A stretch of DNA of 63,416 bases, counting the filler, from Candidatus Woesearchaeota archaeon CG1_02_57_44 (GTDB lineage: Archaea; Nanobdellota; Nanobdellia; Woesearchaeales; CG1-02-57-44): NCBI GenBank assembly GCA_001871415.1. It is 4 parts of 4 records of this genome, joined end to end, with 100 filler letters (N's around TTAATTAATTAA, not from the genome) between each part and the next. Parts side by side here need not be neighbours in the genome. Positions count along the whole stretch, not along the records: positions 31,696 to 53,999 come from MNWW01000008.1; positions 54,100 to 63,416 come from MNWW01000065.1; 2 more parts are not named here. The stretch is one strand, 5' to 3'. This document shows, one piece after another, positions 51,030-61,079 of this stretch. Positions within the stretch are counted from its first letter, which is position 1. Every line of letters starts with the position of its first letter. The notes under the pieces were generated by a model. It had not been told where the DNA came from, did not search any database, and saw only the letters and a list, made by a program, of their open reading frames with translations. The translations under genes and the position numbers were made by a program.

Positions 51030-53432
51030 ATGCCAAAAGGACTGATCGTCTATCCGACGTATCGCATCGAAGACGGAAAGCCGTTCATCTACCTCTACGG
51101 CCGTCTTGAAGACGGCAGAAGCTTCGTGAGCAAGCACGCGTTCGCTCCCTACTTCTTCATCCGGCAGAGCGATGCTGAGAAGGCCAGCGGTACTTGTCCC
51201 TTCCCCATAGAGCAGACCGCCTTGACGGACATGAACGGTAATCCTGTGGCCAAGATAACGGTCAATACCCCCCATGATGTCAAACCGCTGCGCTCGCAGC
51301 TGGAGGACCTTGGTGTCGCGACCTTCGAGGCGGATATCCGTTTCGCCTATCGCTTCCTCATTGATCATGACCTGCATGGCATCGCGGAGCTTGATGGGAA
51401 AGAGGAGGCAGGGCAGCGCACAAGTGTCGTATTCCGGGATCCTGCCATATCGCCTGCCGCCGGCAGCATAGCCCCCACGGTGCTGGCCATAGACATCGAG
51501 ACCAAGCGCGACGGCACAGAGCTCTATGCCATCAGCCTGGCCATGAAGGGCGCCGGTGGTGCTGCGGGTGGGGCGTCGTCGAGCGGCCCGGATGGAACGA
51601 AGGACTATGCCAGGGTACTCTACCTCGGCCAGGTCGATCATCCTGACGCGGAGTGCTTTGGCACGCTACGGGCGCTGCTGGAGCGCTTCAGCGCGCTGAT
51701 CCTTGAGCTGGACCCGGACATCATCACGGGATGGAATGTCATTGACTTTGACCTCAAGATGCTCGAGCAGTTCTACCGCACTGCCGGATTGCCCTTTGCC
51801 ATCGGCAGGACTGAGCAGCCCTGCAAGCTCTTCCTTGAGCAGTCATTCTTCTCTGACAGCCGCGTGGATATGCCCGGGCGCATGGTGCTCGACGGCATCT
51901 GGCTGCTCAAGACATCAGGCGTCAAGCTTCCCAACTACAAGCTGGAGACCGCGGCCGCACGGCTGCTGGGCAAGGAGAAGCTCATCACCGGCGACTCACG
52001 CTTCCTGGAGATAGAGCGGCTTCGGCAGGAGGATCCCAAGGCGCTTGTCGACTACAACCTGAAGGACTCGCAGCTGGTGCTTGACATCATCCAGACCACG
52101 CACGCCTTGCAGCTCACGGTGCAGCGCAGCATGCTCACGCGCATGGCCATGGACCGCATCAGGAGCAGCATCGCGTCGCTGGACTCCCTGTATCTCCATG
52201 AGGTACGCAAGCGTGGCATGGTGTCGCCGACCAACATCATCGGCGAGCGCGACGAGCGCATCAAGGGCGGCTATGTCCGGGAGAGCAAGCCCGGCATCTA
52301 CGAGAACATCGCGGTCTTCGACTTCAAGTCGCTGTATCCGAGCATCATCAGGACATTCAACATTGATCCTGCGGCGTACCTGGGGCAGCATGACGAGCTG
52401 GGTGAGGTCAGTGGGGGAGGAGATGCTGGTGGGGAAGATAGGTCGCACGGCGGCATCATCGCGCCCAATGGCGCGGTGTTCTCGCGCGAGCCAGGGATAT
52501 TGCCGGAGCTCATCCAGCGGCTATGGGCGCAGCGCGACGAGGCCAAGAAGCGAAAGGACAAGAACGCGAGCAATGCCATCAAGCTCCTCATGAACAGTTT
52601 TTTCGGGGTACTCGCGAATCCCGCCTGCAGGTTCTATAACATCAATGTCGCCAACGCCATTACGCACTTCGGCCAGGAGCTCATTAAGCTCTGCGCCGAC
52701 CACATGAACGAGATGGGCTATGAGGTCATCTACGGCGACACGGACAGCGTGTTTGTAGACCTGAAGGCGGCAGATTTTGACGCCGCGCACGAGGAGGCGA
52801 AACAGGCGCTTGCCGGCACCATGGGATTCCTGACCAAGACCATCACGAAACGTTGGGGTGTGCAGTCATATCTTGACCTGGAGTTTGAGCATGTGTTCAA
52901 GAAGCTGCTCATGCCCCACCTGCGCGGGACAGAGAAAGGCGCGAAGAAACGCTACGCAGGCATCATCGTCAGGGATGGCAGGGAGCAGATGTATTACACT
53001 GGCCTGGAAGTCGTGCGTTCAGACTGGACGGACCTTGCCAAGCAGTTCCAGGTGCAATTGCTGGAGCGGATATTCGCGGGCGAAGAGATAAAAGAGTTCG
53101 TGAAGGACTACTTCGAGAAGCTGCAGTCAGGGCAATTCGATGACCTGCTGATATATCGCAAGGCGATCAGGAAACCTGTCGAGGAATACACCAAGACCAC
53201 GCCGCCGCACATCCAGGCCGCGCGCAAAGCAGGCAGGACAGGAGTGGGTATCATGGAATATGTCTGGACCCGGACAGGACCAGAAGCTGCTGAGGCGCGT
53301 GAGCATCCCTTCGACTATATCCATTATTCTGAGAAGCAGCTGCGGCCCATCGCTGATTCCGTGCTCAGCTTCATCGGTCTCTCCTACGAGGACATTGTCA
53401 GCGGCAAGCAGAAATCGCTGTTTGATTACTGA
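51030..53432 (+). CDS. polB: Family B DNA polymerase (Pol II-like) with 3'-5' exonuclease
   Basis: ExoI DIET, GWNVIDFD, YNLKD; DFKSLYPSII, KLLMNSFFG, YGDTDS, KKRYAG; C-terminal PIP-like QKSLFDY. Confidence 0.96.
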   Translation: MPKGLIVYPTYRIEDGKPFIYLYGRLEDGRSFVSKHAFAPYFFIRQSDAEKASGTCPFPIEQTALTDMNGNPVAKITVNTPHDVKPLRSQLEDLGVATFEADIRFAYRFLIDHDLHGIAELDGKEEAGQRTSVVFRDPAISPAAGSIAPTVLAIDIETKRDGTELYAISLAMKGAGGAAGGASSSGPDGTKDYARVLYLGQVDHPDAECFGTLRALLERFSALILELDPDIITGWNVIDFDLKMLEQFYRTAGLPFAIGRTEQPCKLFLEQSFFSDSRVDMPGRMVLDGIWLLKTSGVKLPNYKLETAAARLLGKEKLITGDSRFLEIERLRQEDPKALVDYNLKDSQLVLDIIQTTHALQLTVQRSMLTRMAMDRIRSSIASLDSLYLHEVRKRGMVSPTNIIGERDERIKGGYVRESKPGIYENIAVFDFKSLYPSIIRTFNIDPAAYLGQHDELGEVSGGGDAGGEDRSHGGIIAPNGAVFSREPGILPELIQRLWAQRDEAKKRKDKNASNAIKLLMNSFFGVLANPACRFYNINVANAITHFGQELIKLCADHMNEMGYEVIYGDTDSVFVDLKAADFDAAHEEAKQALAGTMGFLTKTITKRWGVQSYLDLEFEHVFKKLLMPHLRGTEKGAKKRYAGIIVRDGREQMYYTGLEVVRSDWTDLAKQFQVQLLERIFAGEEIKEFVKDYFEKLQSGQFDDLLIYRKAIRKPVEEYTKTTPPHIQAARKAGRTGVGIMEYVWTRTGPEAAEAREHPFDYIHYSEKQLRPIADSVLSFIGLSYEDIVSGKQKSLFDY

Positions 53433-53526
53433 GCGAAGGCATCGTCTTACCGACGCGTCGGACGCTCTGCAATCCGTTCGCATCTCGTCTGCATCTCATC
53501 TGCGCCATCTTTCGTGCCGCTTTTCT

Positions 53527-53999
53527 TCATATCGCCGGTGAAGGTGAACTGTTCCTCGCGAACAAAGAGGTCAGAGGCGCAGGCACGAGCGTACCCCTCT
53601 TCCTATCATGATCCGTCGGGTACTGCGCATCGAACAGATGCTCGACGCGGTTCTGATAGAATACCACGCTACCGATATTCATGACATGGTATCTGCCGTC
53701 TCTGCGACGGACCGCATGATGCAGGCCTGTCTGTAGTGCACGTTGTATGGTCAGCGCGGAACTGGTGCAGTGCGAGGACGTGGCGATGCCTCTCTTCTGC
53801 AGATAGAGGTCAGTCTCGTATATCGACGCGGCCAGGTCCCCGCCGTCCATGGGTGTCTCCTGCAGGCACCAGGCCAGCAGGTCTGTCGCGGTCACGGTCT
53901 GGATGGCGCCTACAGCATCGCGCATCGCTGCAGCGTGCATACCTTCCAGCGCCAGCGGGGCGCCGAAGGTGCAATACACTTCAGAGCTCCTCTGGAAGG
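53527..53999 (-). CDS. Hypothetical protein, 5'-truncated by contig end
   Basis: Frame open into the gap; C...H...FDAQY pattern might be a papain/transglutaminase-like triad (weak). Confidence 0.5.
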
Positions 54000-54099
54000 N
54001 NNNNNNNNNNNNNNNNNNNNNNNNNNNNNNNNNNNNNNNNNNNTTAATTAATTAANNNNNNNNNNNNNNNNNNNNNNNNNNNNNNNNNNNNNNNNNNNN
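54000..54099. other. Artificial contig-joining linker
   Basis: N44-TTAATTAATTAA-N44. Confidence 0.98.
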
Positions 54100-54833
54100 T
54101 CGGCCGAGGTGCTTCCGCCGCCGGCGCAGATGACCTTGCAGCGCCCTGCGGCAAGCACGGCTTCTTTGAGCGCTTCTGCCTTGTTGTCTGCCTTTGGATA
54201 GTTGACCTTAACGAAGTCAGCGCCAAGGCACGCGATGGTGCCTGTCGCGCCCGCTATCAGGTGCGGATCCTTCTCCGCGGTGACCGCCTTGCCCCGAGGA
54301 TACGCCCAGATGACGACCAGCAGGCCATGCTGGTGCGCCTCAGCGATGAGATTCGCCGCTTGGCTGAGCATGACGCTCTCCTGCTCTGAGCCGATATAGA
54401 TGGTATAACCGACCCCGACGATCCGCAACCCCGCTTCCTTCAGCGCGAGCACTTGCTTTATGCTCCAGAGCTGCCTGCTGACAGGTTCCATCTGCTCGGT
54501 GGGTACGATGCCTGTCTTGCTGTTGAGCTTCACCACATAGTTGATGTCAGGATAGTCCCTGCCATAGTGGGAGATGAGCCCGTACTGCGTGGCGAACACG
54601 CCGATGACGCTCTTGCTGGCTATCCTGAACAGATGCTCTGGATCGTTGTCATCGGCAGGGATGCCCTTGCCGTAGAAATCATCATTCAGGTGCTCGACCT
54701 TCTGGTCGCCGGCCATGAGCATGAGCTTGCCCGTGCCGCGCGTGGCCTGCAGAAAATTCTGTATGTAGTTCTCTTTCGCCGCTTCCGGCACATCGGCCGG
54801 GACCTTGACGTCTTGCTTGGACAATGGTTTCAT
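54100..54833 (-). CDS. Class I (DhnA-type) fructose-bisphosphate aldolase, 3'-truncated
   Basis: GDQKVEH, KLNSKT, GYTIYIGSE, WAYPRG, LGADFVKV (Schiff-base Lys), AGG; downstream of glpX. Confidence 0.88.
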
Positions 54834-54972
54834 GGTGCATCCCTCCTTTTCCAGTACAGTCATACGCTCAGTGGCGCATCATGCTGGGGGCGCAAGCCTA
54901 AGTACCCAAGGCCACATCGGATAGTCGCGCTCGGATAGTTACGCTGTCGTCCCCCTCTCATTTCAACCCTGC

Positions 54973-55917
54973 TCAGGTCTCCTGGTGCACGGCCTTGATG
55001 ATGCGGACCGTGCCTGACTTGGCGCGCATGATGATGGTCTCGGTGTGCACAGTCTTGCCAACGAACCTGACGCCCTGCATCATGGGCCCGTCCATGACTC
55101 CTGTCGCAAGGAACAGGCAGTCATTGCCTTTGACCAGGTCATCGATGAGCATCTTCTTGTCAGGTTCCTTGATGCCCATGGCTATCGCGCGCTTGCGCTC
55201 GTCATCATTGCGGAACCTGAATCTGCATTGTATCTCGCCACCAAGGCACTTGAGCGCCGCGGCAGCGAGCACGCCTTCAGGAGCGGCTCCGACGCCGAGC
55301 AGCAAATCGATGCCGATCTCTTCCATGCTGGGCATGATGGCACCGGCCACATCACCATCAGAGATGAGCGAGATGCGCGCGCCCACAGCGCGGATATCCT
55401 TGATGAGCTGATCATGGCGGGGCCTGTCTAATACCACGATAGTGACATCCTTGACCGGCTTGCCCAATGCCTTTGCAACGGCTTCGATATTCTTTGCCAC
55501 TGGCCAGTCCAGGTCCACCTTGCCCACACACGCAGGACCGACAGCTATCTTGTCCATGTAGGTGTCAGGCGCGTGCAGAAGCGTTCCCTTGGGTGACGCG
55601 GCAAGCACAGCCATGGCATATCCCCTGCCATAGGCAACACTGTTGGTGCATTCTAGAGGATCCACAGCAAAATCAACATCAGCCGTCCCTTCGCCTGAAC
55701 CGACTTCCTCTCCAATAAAGAGCATGGGGGCCTCATCGCGCTCTCCTTCGCCAATGACGATGGTCCCTTTGACGTCCAGGGAATTCAGGCGCTTGCGCAT
55801 CGCCGATACCGCAGCTTGATCTGCGGCATTCTTGTCACCATGCCCCATATGGTGAGCCGCAGCTATGGCCGCGTCTTCCGTGACCCTGGCGAAATCCAGC
55901 ATGTATCCGCGGTGCAT
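54973..55917 (-). CDS. glpX: Fructose-1,6-bisphosphatase class II
   Basis: RVTEDAA, ADQAAV.AMR, IGEGERDEAPML, AVDPLECT, YMDKIAVG, DGDV, APEGV. Confidence 0.95.
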   Translation of the reverse strand: MHRGYMLDFARVTEDAAIAAAHHMGHGDKNAADQAAVSAMRKRLNSLDVKGTIVIGEGERDEAPMLFIGEEVGSGEGTADVDFAVDPLECTNSVAYGRGYAMAVLAASPKGTLLHAPDTYMDKIAVGPACVGKVDLDWPVAKNIEAVAKALGKPVKDVTIVVLDRPRHDQLIKDIRAVGARISLISDGDVAGAIMPSMEEIGIDLLLGVGAAPEGVLAAAALKCLGGEIQCRFRFRNDDERKRAIAMGIKEPDKKMLIDDLVKGNDCLFLATGVMDGPMMQGVRFVGKTVHTETIIMRAKSGTVRIIKAVHQET

Positions 55918-56022
55918 ACTGATGGCCGAGCATGCGCTACCTTAAAAAGTTTTTGACATCAAAGGGGCAAGATACCATCTTTTATCGCAATGTTTTTTAA
56001 GCACCCGGACCACACTGACCCT

Positions 56023-56598
56023 ATGAAGCAAAAGGCGATACTGCTGTTCGGCCCGCCGGGTTGCGGCAAAGGTACGCAAGGAAAGCTGCTGGCAGAGGAG
56101 CCGGGTTATTTCCACTTCTCCACGGGCGATATGTTCCGCTCATTGGAGATCTCTACTCCGACCGGGGCCAAGGTCAAAGGATTCATGGACAAAAGAGAGC
56201 TGGTCCCTGATGAGGTGACGCTGCAGCTCGTGCAGGAGACGATTGGACGCTACATACAGGAGGGACGTATGAAGTCCTCTGACACCATCCTGCTGGATGG
56301 CCTGCCGAGAAATGAGGCGCAGGTTCCATTGGTCAACGCGCTGATGGACGTGACGGCCATACTCTATTTTGACGTCCCAAAGCCAGAGCTGCTCGTGGAC
56401 CGCATGACCACCCGTGCGCAGAAGGAAGGCAGGACAGACGACAAGAATCCTGATGTCGTGATGCGCGGCATCCAGATCTACTATGAGCAGACACAGAAAG
56501 TGCTCAAGCTCTATCCAGACGGCCTGGTGCACCGCATCGACGCTATGGGAAGCATCGAGGATGTGCACAACACCGTGCTGCGGATTCTCAAGTTTTAG
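56023..56598 (+). CDS. adk: Adenylate kinase, bacterial-type short-LID
   Basis: GPPGCGKGTQ, STGDMFR, LVPDE, LDGLPR...Q, GRTDD. TATA 30 nt upstream. Confidence 0.9.
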   Translation: MKQKAILLFGPPGCGKGTQGKLLAEEPGYFHFSTGDMFRSLEISTPTGAKVKGFMDKRELVPDEVTLQLVQETIGRYIQEGRMKSSDTILLDGLPRNEAQVPLVNALMDVTAILYFDVPKPELLVDRMTTRAQKEGRTDDKNPDVVMRGIQIYYEQTQKVLKLYPDGLVHRIDAMGSIEDVHNTVLRILKF

Positions 56599-56684
56599 TC
56601 CGAGAGAAGCAGCAGTAGAGGAGAGTAATCCCTGATCAGACAATAGTCTATTAAAAGACGCGTCTCGCAATGCAAGCAGTGTGA

Positions 56685-56996
56685 TTACCGCGACAATACC
56701 GTGATGTTCTCGCGCGCAAACCCGAGCTCTTCGAGCACAGGCGTTATCTTTGGGCGATAGTCCCCTTGCAGCTCGATACGATTGTCCTTCATGCTGCCAC
56801 CGCACGCGAACTTGCTCTTGAGCGCTTTGAGGATATCCCTGCTCTGGATACCCTTGTCGGCAAAACCCTCTATGACCGTGTACTTCTTGCCGAACTTCTT
56901 TTTTATCATAGAAACGGTGATTTCCTGGTCTTCTTTGACTATCTCCTCAAAGGAGACTAAGTCTTTTGGCAGGCCGGTGACCGGGTCTATCTCCAT
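56685..56996 (-). CDS. sui1: Translation initiation factor SUI1/aIF-1
   Basis: TGLPKDL, KKFGKKYTVIEG, LKSKFACGGS, IELQGD. Confidence 0.93.
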   Translation of the reverse strand: MEIDPVTGLPKDLVSFEEIVKEDQEITVSMIKKKFGKKYTVIEGFADKGIQSRDILKALKSKFACGGSMKDNRIELQGDYRPKITPVLEELGFARENITVLSR

Positions 56997-57191
56997 GTGT
57001 TTTGTTTACCTCAGAGAGCATAAATTCGTAGGAACAATTTAAAGGTTTCGCTGTCAAGGGACGCTTTTCTTCACATTTGCCGCAAATCCCCTATGATTAT
57101 CAGAAAACACTATCTTCAAGGAATCTAATACTCACTGTTCCATCATACGGAACAATGGACGATCGCACCCCCCTTCACGCGTCGTCCACCC

Positions 57192-57680
57192 TTACGCATG
57201 TCTATCCAGTCTGCTTCCGATGCCACTGGCCGGTTTTGCTTTCAGGCAATTAGCATCCAGTGCATTCTTCTGCCCGGCACGGGGCTGATCATAAGCGTCC
57301 AGGCCTGGCGAGGTCTGTGTGAGATACTGTTCCAGGAATCCTGGCTGCACAAAGCTAGACGCCAGGTCAATGGCACCTTCAGGAAATCTGATGACCGCGT
57401 GGCAGACATCGCTACCACGCGTGGTGAACGCGGCCAATCTTGCGAATTGCTGACCCCCTGCACTAGAGAGAGTAACGACCGCGTCAATGGCATCGGTGAG
57501 AGCGCCCTCATGGCGGAAGGTGCATTCACCTACATGGCTGCCGCCTTGCTGCGCCCGTTGCAGGATGGCCTGAAGATCTGTTGGCAGGGGCTGCTCATAG
57601 AAGTGCAATCGCACCGGATACTCGTTTCCCGCATGCTGCATCAGCTGGGCCAGATAGTCGGTCGCCAGATAGTCGGTCAT
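57192..57680 (-). CDS. Hypothetical protein
   Basis: Open frame with TTTATATA box ~30 nt before ATG 57680; no recognisable motif. Confidence 0.5.
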   Translation of the reverse strand: MTDYLATDYLAQLMQHAGNEYPVRLHFYEQPLPTDLQAILQRAQQGGSHVGECTFRHEGALTDAIDAVVTLSSAGGQQFARLAAFTTRGSDVCHAVIRFPEGAIDLASSFVQPGFLEQYLTQTSPGLDAYDQPRAGQKNALDANCLKAKPASGIGSRLDRHA

Positions 57681-57828
57681 GTGCTGCGTCAGCAACAGGC
57701 AATATATAAATATTTCGAATTTGTAACCACTCAATAATGACTAACTTAGGGGAAAGGGGTTCTGGTAGCATCAAACAAAGGATGTGCACTTCACATCAGG
57801 GGCCAGCGTACCTGCCCCTCTGCAGGCA

Positions 57829-58551
57829 TCAGGATACACCGCCGGCATACAACACCTTATCATCGAGCCTTACCGTGACTATCCCAGGCTTGGTATCGAC
57901 CAGTACGCTACCGCGGACCGTATCCTCTGTGACGACTTCCACGCAGAGCGTCTTGGCTATCTCTCTTCGCACATCTATCTGCACCTGCGGCGGGTAGGAC
58001 TCCATGACAGCGACATCGACGCTGAGCGAGTCACAGGGCCTTTGCTTTTGCGCGCGGACCATGTACACAAGCATGCCCGCGCCGCTATCATAGGATAATG
58101 AGACGCTCCCCCTATCAGAAGCAGGCGCTCCTGCACCGGGGTCAGCGCCAGCAGCGTCCCGCGCCCCAGGATCCGCCAGGGGGTCATCAGCATTGGTGCA
58201 GACGAAGGAGCATCCGACAGGAGCATCATCGCGTCCAGCAACATCGTCCCACTCCCAGTGCCCCATACACATGATGAGCAGCTCATTCGCGTGCGCACGC
58301 GCGCAGCATGGCTGCAATGCCTCAAGCGTCAGACCTTGACAAGCAGCATCAGGTCCAGATACCGGAGGTGTGATGGCAGAGCCATTGCCATCCGTTACTG
58401 GCGCCGTGCCAGGTTCTCCCGTCATATGCGAAAATGCAGCACATGCCGCAAGCAGCAGACAGGAGATGACAATAAGTGAGAACATGAGACTCCGCGTCCG
58501 ATTGCGTTGATTCGTGACTTGTCGCATACTGACACCTTTGTGCTGAGACAT
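57829..58551 (-). CDS. Secreted/lipoprotein-like hypothetical protein with Cys-rich domain and C-terminal beta domain
   Basis: Hydrophobic signal with LAAC; C-terminal RPC...ESYPPQV...LCVEVV is PrcB-C-like (weak). Confidence 0.6.
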   Translation of the reverse strand: MSQHKGVSMRQVTNQRNRTRSLMFSLIVISCLLLAACAAFSHMTGEPGTAPVTDGNGSAITPPVSGPDAACQGLTLEALQPCCARAHANELLIMCMGHWEWDDVAGRDDAPVGCSFVCTNADDPLADPGARDAAGADPGAGAPASDRGSVSLSYDSGAGMLVYMVRAQKQRPCDSLSVDVAVMESYPPQVQIDVRREIAKTLCVEVVTEDTVRGSVLVDTKPGIVTVRLDDKVLYAGGVS

Positions 58552-58645
58552 CCTCTATAACAGTGATGCCCCATCTATATATAATCCTTGATGACCGCAA
58601 TCCTGATTGCAGATATACACTCGCACGTCCTGACAAGCCAACCAT

Positions 58646-60019
58646 TCAGAGATTCGGCTGCGTGCTGCCCGCGATGAGCGCCGCGTATTCCTGCTCCGTG
58701 AGGATGCGTTTGGCCAGCGCTATCTCCTTGACCGTCCTGCCTGAGGCAAGGCTTTCCTTCACGAGCTCAGCGACCTTGTCATAGCCGAGCCGCGGATTCA
58801 GGATAGTGGCTAGTCCAGCGCTGCGCTCGAAATGGCCCTGACAGGTCTGCACATTCGCGGCTACACCTCTGACGCATCGCGCATCCAGAGATGAGCACGT
58901 ACGCGCCATGACCTGCAGCATGCTGACCAGGCAATGCCCGACGAGCGGCATATGCGTGTTCAGCTCAAGCTGTCCAGCCGCGCAGGCCAGCGCGACGCTG
59001 TGATCCAGACCCAGGCAATAGAGGCACGCTTGGTTCGCCGCCTCGCAGATACTGGGATTTATCTTGCCCGGCATGATGCTGCTGCCAGGTTCCACAGGAG
59101 GCAATGCGATATCTGCCATGCCCGTGTTCGGTCCGCTGGAGAGCAGGCGAAGGTCATTGACGATCTTCTGCACATCAACGCACAGCATGCGCATCGCGCC
59201 GGAGAGCGCGCCAAGGTCGGTGAGGAATTGCGTGGCTTCAATGCCGTCGACCGCCTGCGTGTAATCTTCATCAGTCAGCGAGCGAAGGTGCGCGATGATC
59301 GCCTGCCGGAATCCTGGCTTGGTGTTGACTCCTGTGCCGGCCGCGTTGCCGCCGACGCCAAGCTCCAGGAGGCCCTGACGCGCCACCCGCAGCCGGGCGA
59401 TATCCTTCTCTAGCGCACGCGCGTACGCGCCGAATTCCTGGCCGAGCGTTATCGGCACCGCGTCCTGCAGATGCGTCCTCGCGGATTTATTGACTGAGGA
59501 ATAAGCTGCGGCTTTGCCCTCCAGGGCTGCCGCGAGTCCCTGCACACGGGTGAGCAGCGTATCTGTCAACACGACGCACGCGATGCGAATAGCGCTGGGC
59601 ACGATATTGTTGGTGCTCTGTCCCTTATTGACGTCATCATTCGGATGCACGGCCCGGCTTCCCTTTTCCGCGCCCATGCCCGCGCTGGCGATATTGGCTA
59701 TGACCTCATTGACGTTCATGTTGCTGCTCGTGCCACTGCCTGCCTGGAACACGTCGATGGGGAACCAGGCATCGTGCTGCCCATCGCGGATGCTCTCGCA
59801 GGCCTGGATGATGGCGCGCGTGGTTGTGGCGTCCAGCAGACCAAGATCGTGGTTGGCGAGCGCGCACGCCTGCTTGAGCAATGCCATGGCGTGGACGATA
59901 GGCAGATCAAAAGGCCGCCCCAGACCATCAAAATTGTTTAGGCTGCGCATGGTATGGATGCCATAGAGCGCGTCGTCCGGCACCTGCAAGCTTCCCAATG
60001 AGTCTTTCTCCGTGCGCAT
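58646..60019 (-). CDS. Class II fumarate hydratase / aspartate ammonia-lyase
   Basis: RTEKDSLG, QAGSGTSSNMNVNEV, HPNDDVN..QS.N, RTHLQDA.P, signature GSSIMPGKINP. Confidence 0.93.
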   Translation of the reverse strand: MRTEKDSLGSLQVPDDALYGIHTMRSLNNFDGLGRPFDLPIVHAMALLKQACALANHDLGLLDATTTRAIIQACESIRDGQHDAWFPIDVFQAGSGTSSNMNVNEVIANIASAGMGAEKGSRAVHPNDDVNKGQSTNNIVPSAIRIACVVLTDTLLTRVQGLAAALEGKAAAYSSVNKSARTHLQDAVPITLGQEFGAYARALEKDIARLRVARQGLLELGVGGNAAGTGVNTKPGFRQAIIAHLRSLTDEDYTQAVDGIEATQFLTDLGALSGAMRMLCVDVQKIVNDLRLLSSGPNTGMADIALPPVEPGSSIMPGKINPSICEAANQACLYCLGLDHSVALACAAGQLELNTHMPLVGHCLVSMLQVMARTCSSLDARCVRGVAANVQTCQGHFERSAGLATILNPRLGYDKVAELVKESLASGRTVKEIALAKRILTEQEYAALIAGSTQPNL

Positions 60020-60178
60020 GAGTCATATCCTCCGTCGCTGCTGATGAGCGCGGTCAAGACCCTGTGTTCCAGGGCATCCAGACGCGACAGCGATGCTACC
60101 AGGGTGTGCGCTGTTCATTGATAATGTTTACGCAACAGAATACCAGGGACCGCAAGGGATACATTCAAGAACGCGCTT

Positions 60179-61015
60179 ATGATTCTCGATAGAGACGACA
60201 CAATGGATTACGACGCCTATATGGCAGGCATACGTGACGGTATTGAAGGAGGGAGGATCATCTTCAAGAACGATCCTGGCTACGATCCGTCTGGCCATCT
60301 GCCCCCGGGCCTGCTGGAGCAGAAGAACACCAGGCCCCTCAATGCACTGACCCGCGCTGCGATAGCGTCATCGCCGCATCAAGAAGGTTTCCGATTCCTC
60401 GAATTCGGTGCTGGCGCAGGAGTGGCGGCGTTGGAGGTGAAGCGCTGCTATGAAGGTGCGCAGGTGACGACGGTCGGCAAGCAGCCATTCCATCCATCCT
60501 ATGCCTTGCAGGTCTCTGCCATGGACATGTCCGATGCCATCCGTGCGAGAGCGACAGCACTGACAGGGATGCCCAGGGATTCGTTATGGATAATGGATCA
60601 ATTACTCGGAGCGCAGATGGATAGGCTAGACCTGCATATCGCGCTCGCGGCGCAGGAGCAGGGCGAGCAGTTTTTTTTCTGGCAGCGACAGATAGACAAG
60701 CAATATGTCGGCTGCTTTCCCTTCACCTTCGATGAGCCGACGCGATCTTTTGACATCATCCATGACGGCTTCGGAGTGCTTCGCTATACTCCCGGACGAG
60801 AGACGATAGAAGCGCTCCTTGAATACCTTCATCCAGCAGGGACGCTCATCATCCAGGACGCGGAGTCTTGGAGATACCACGACTATCGTCCACGATCAGC
60901 CACCCAGGTAGGTGATGCCTTGATCGTCACAGGCAATGACGATGTGACGAATCATCTGCTTGCGCTGCAGACAGGATTGCTGCAACCAGAGCATCAAGTC
61001 CCGCAGCTTCGATGA
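60179..61015 (+). CDS. Putative class I SAM-dependent methyltransferase
   Basis: FLEFGAGAG motif I, FDII, L.P.GTLII. Confidence 0.6.
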   Translation: MILDRDDTMDYDAYMAGIRDGIEGGRIIFKNDPGYDPSGHLPPGLLEQKNTRPLNALTRAAIASSPHQEGFRFLEFGAGAGVAALEVKRCYEGAQVTTVGKQPFHPSYALQVSAMDMSDAIRARATALTGMPRDSLWIMDQLLGAQMDRLDLHIALAAQEQGEQFFFWQRQIDKQYVGCFPFTFDEPTRSFDIIHDGFGVLRYTPGRETIEALLEYLHPAGTLIIQDAESWRYHDYRPRSATQVGDALIVTGNDDVTNHLLALQTGLLQPEHQVPQLR

Positions 61016-61079
61016 AGAGAAGCAGCCGCCAGATACTATGCATACGGAAAGCAGCTCCCATAGCCTCATGCGACAGTGC

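Noticed and set aside
51030..53432. Intein in PolB
   Set aside because: 800 aa is normal length; the inserts are short Gly-rich loops without C/S...HN splice motifs.
57650..57680. 15-bp tandem duplication encoding MTDYLATDYLA (and the similar short duplication at ~6745-6795)
   Set aside because: Simple local slippage duplications with no further structure.
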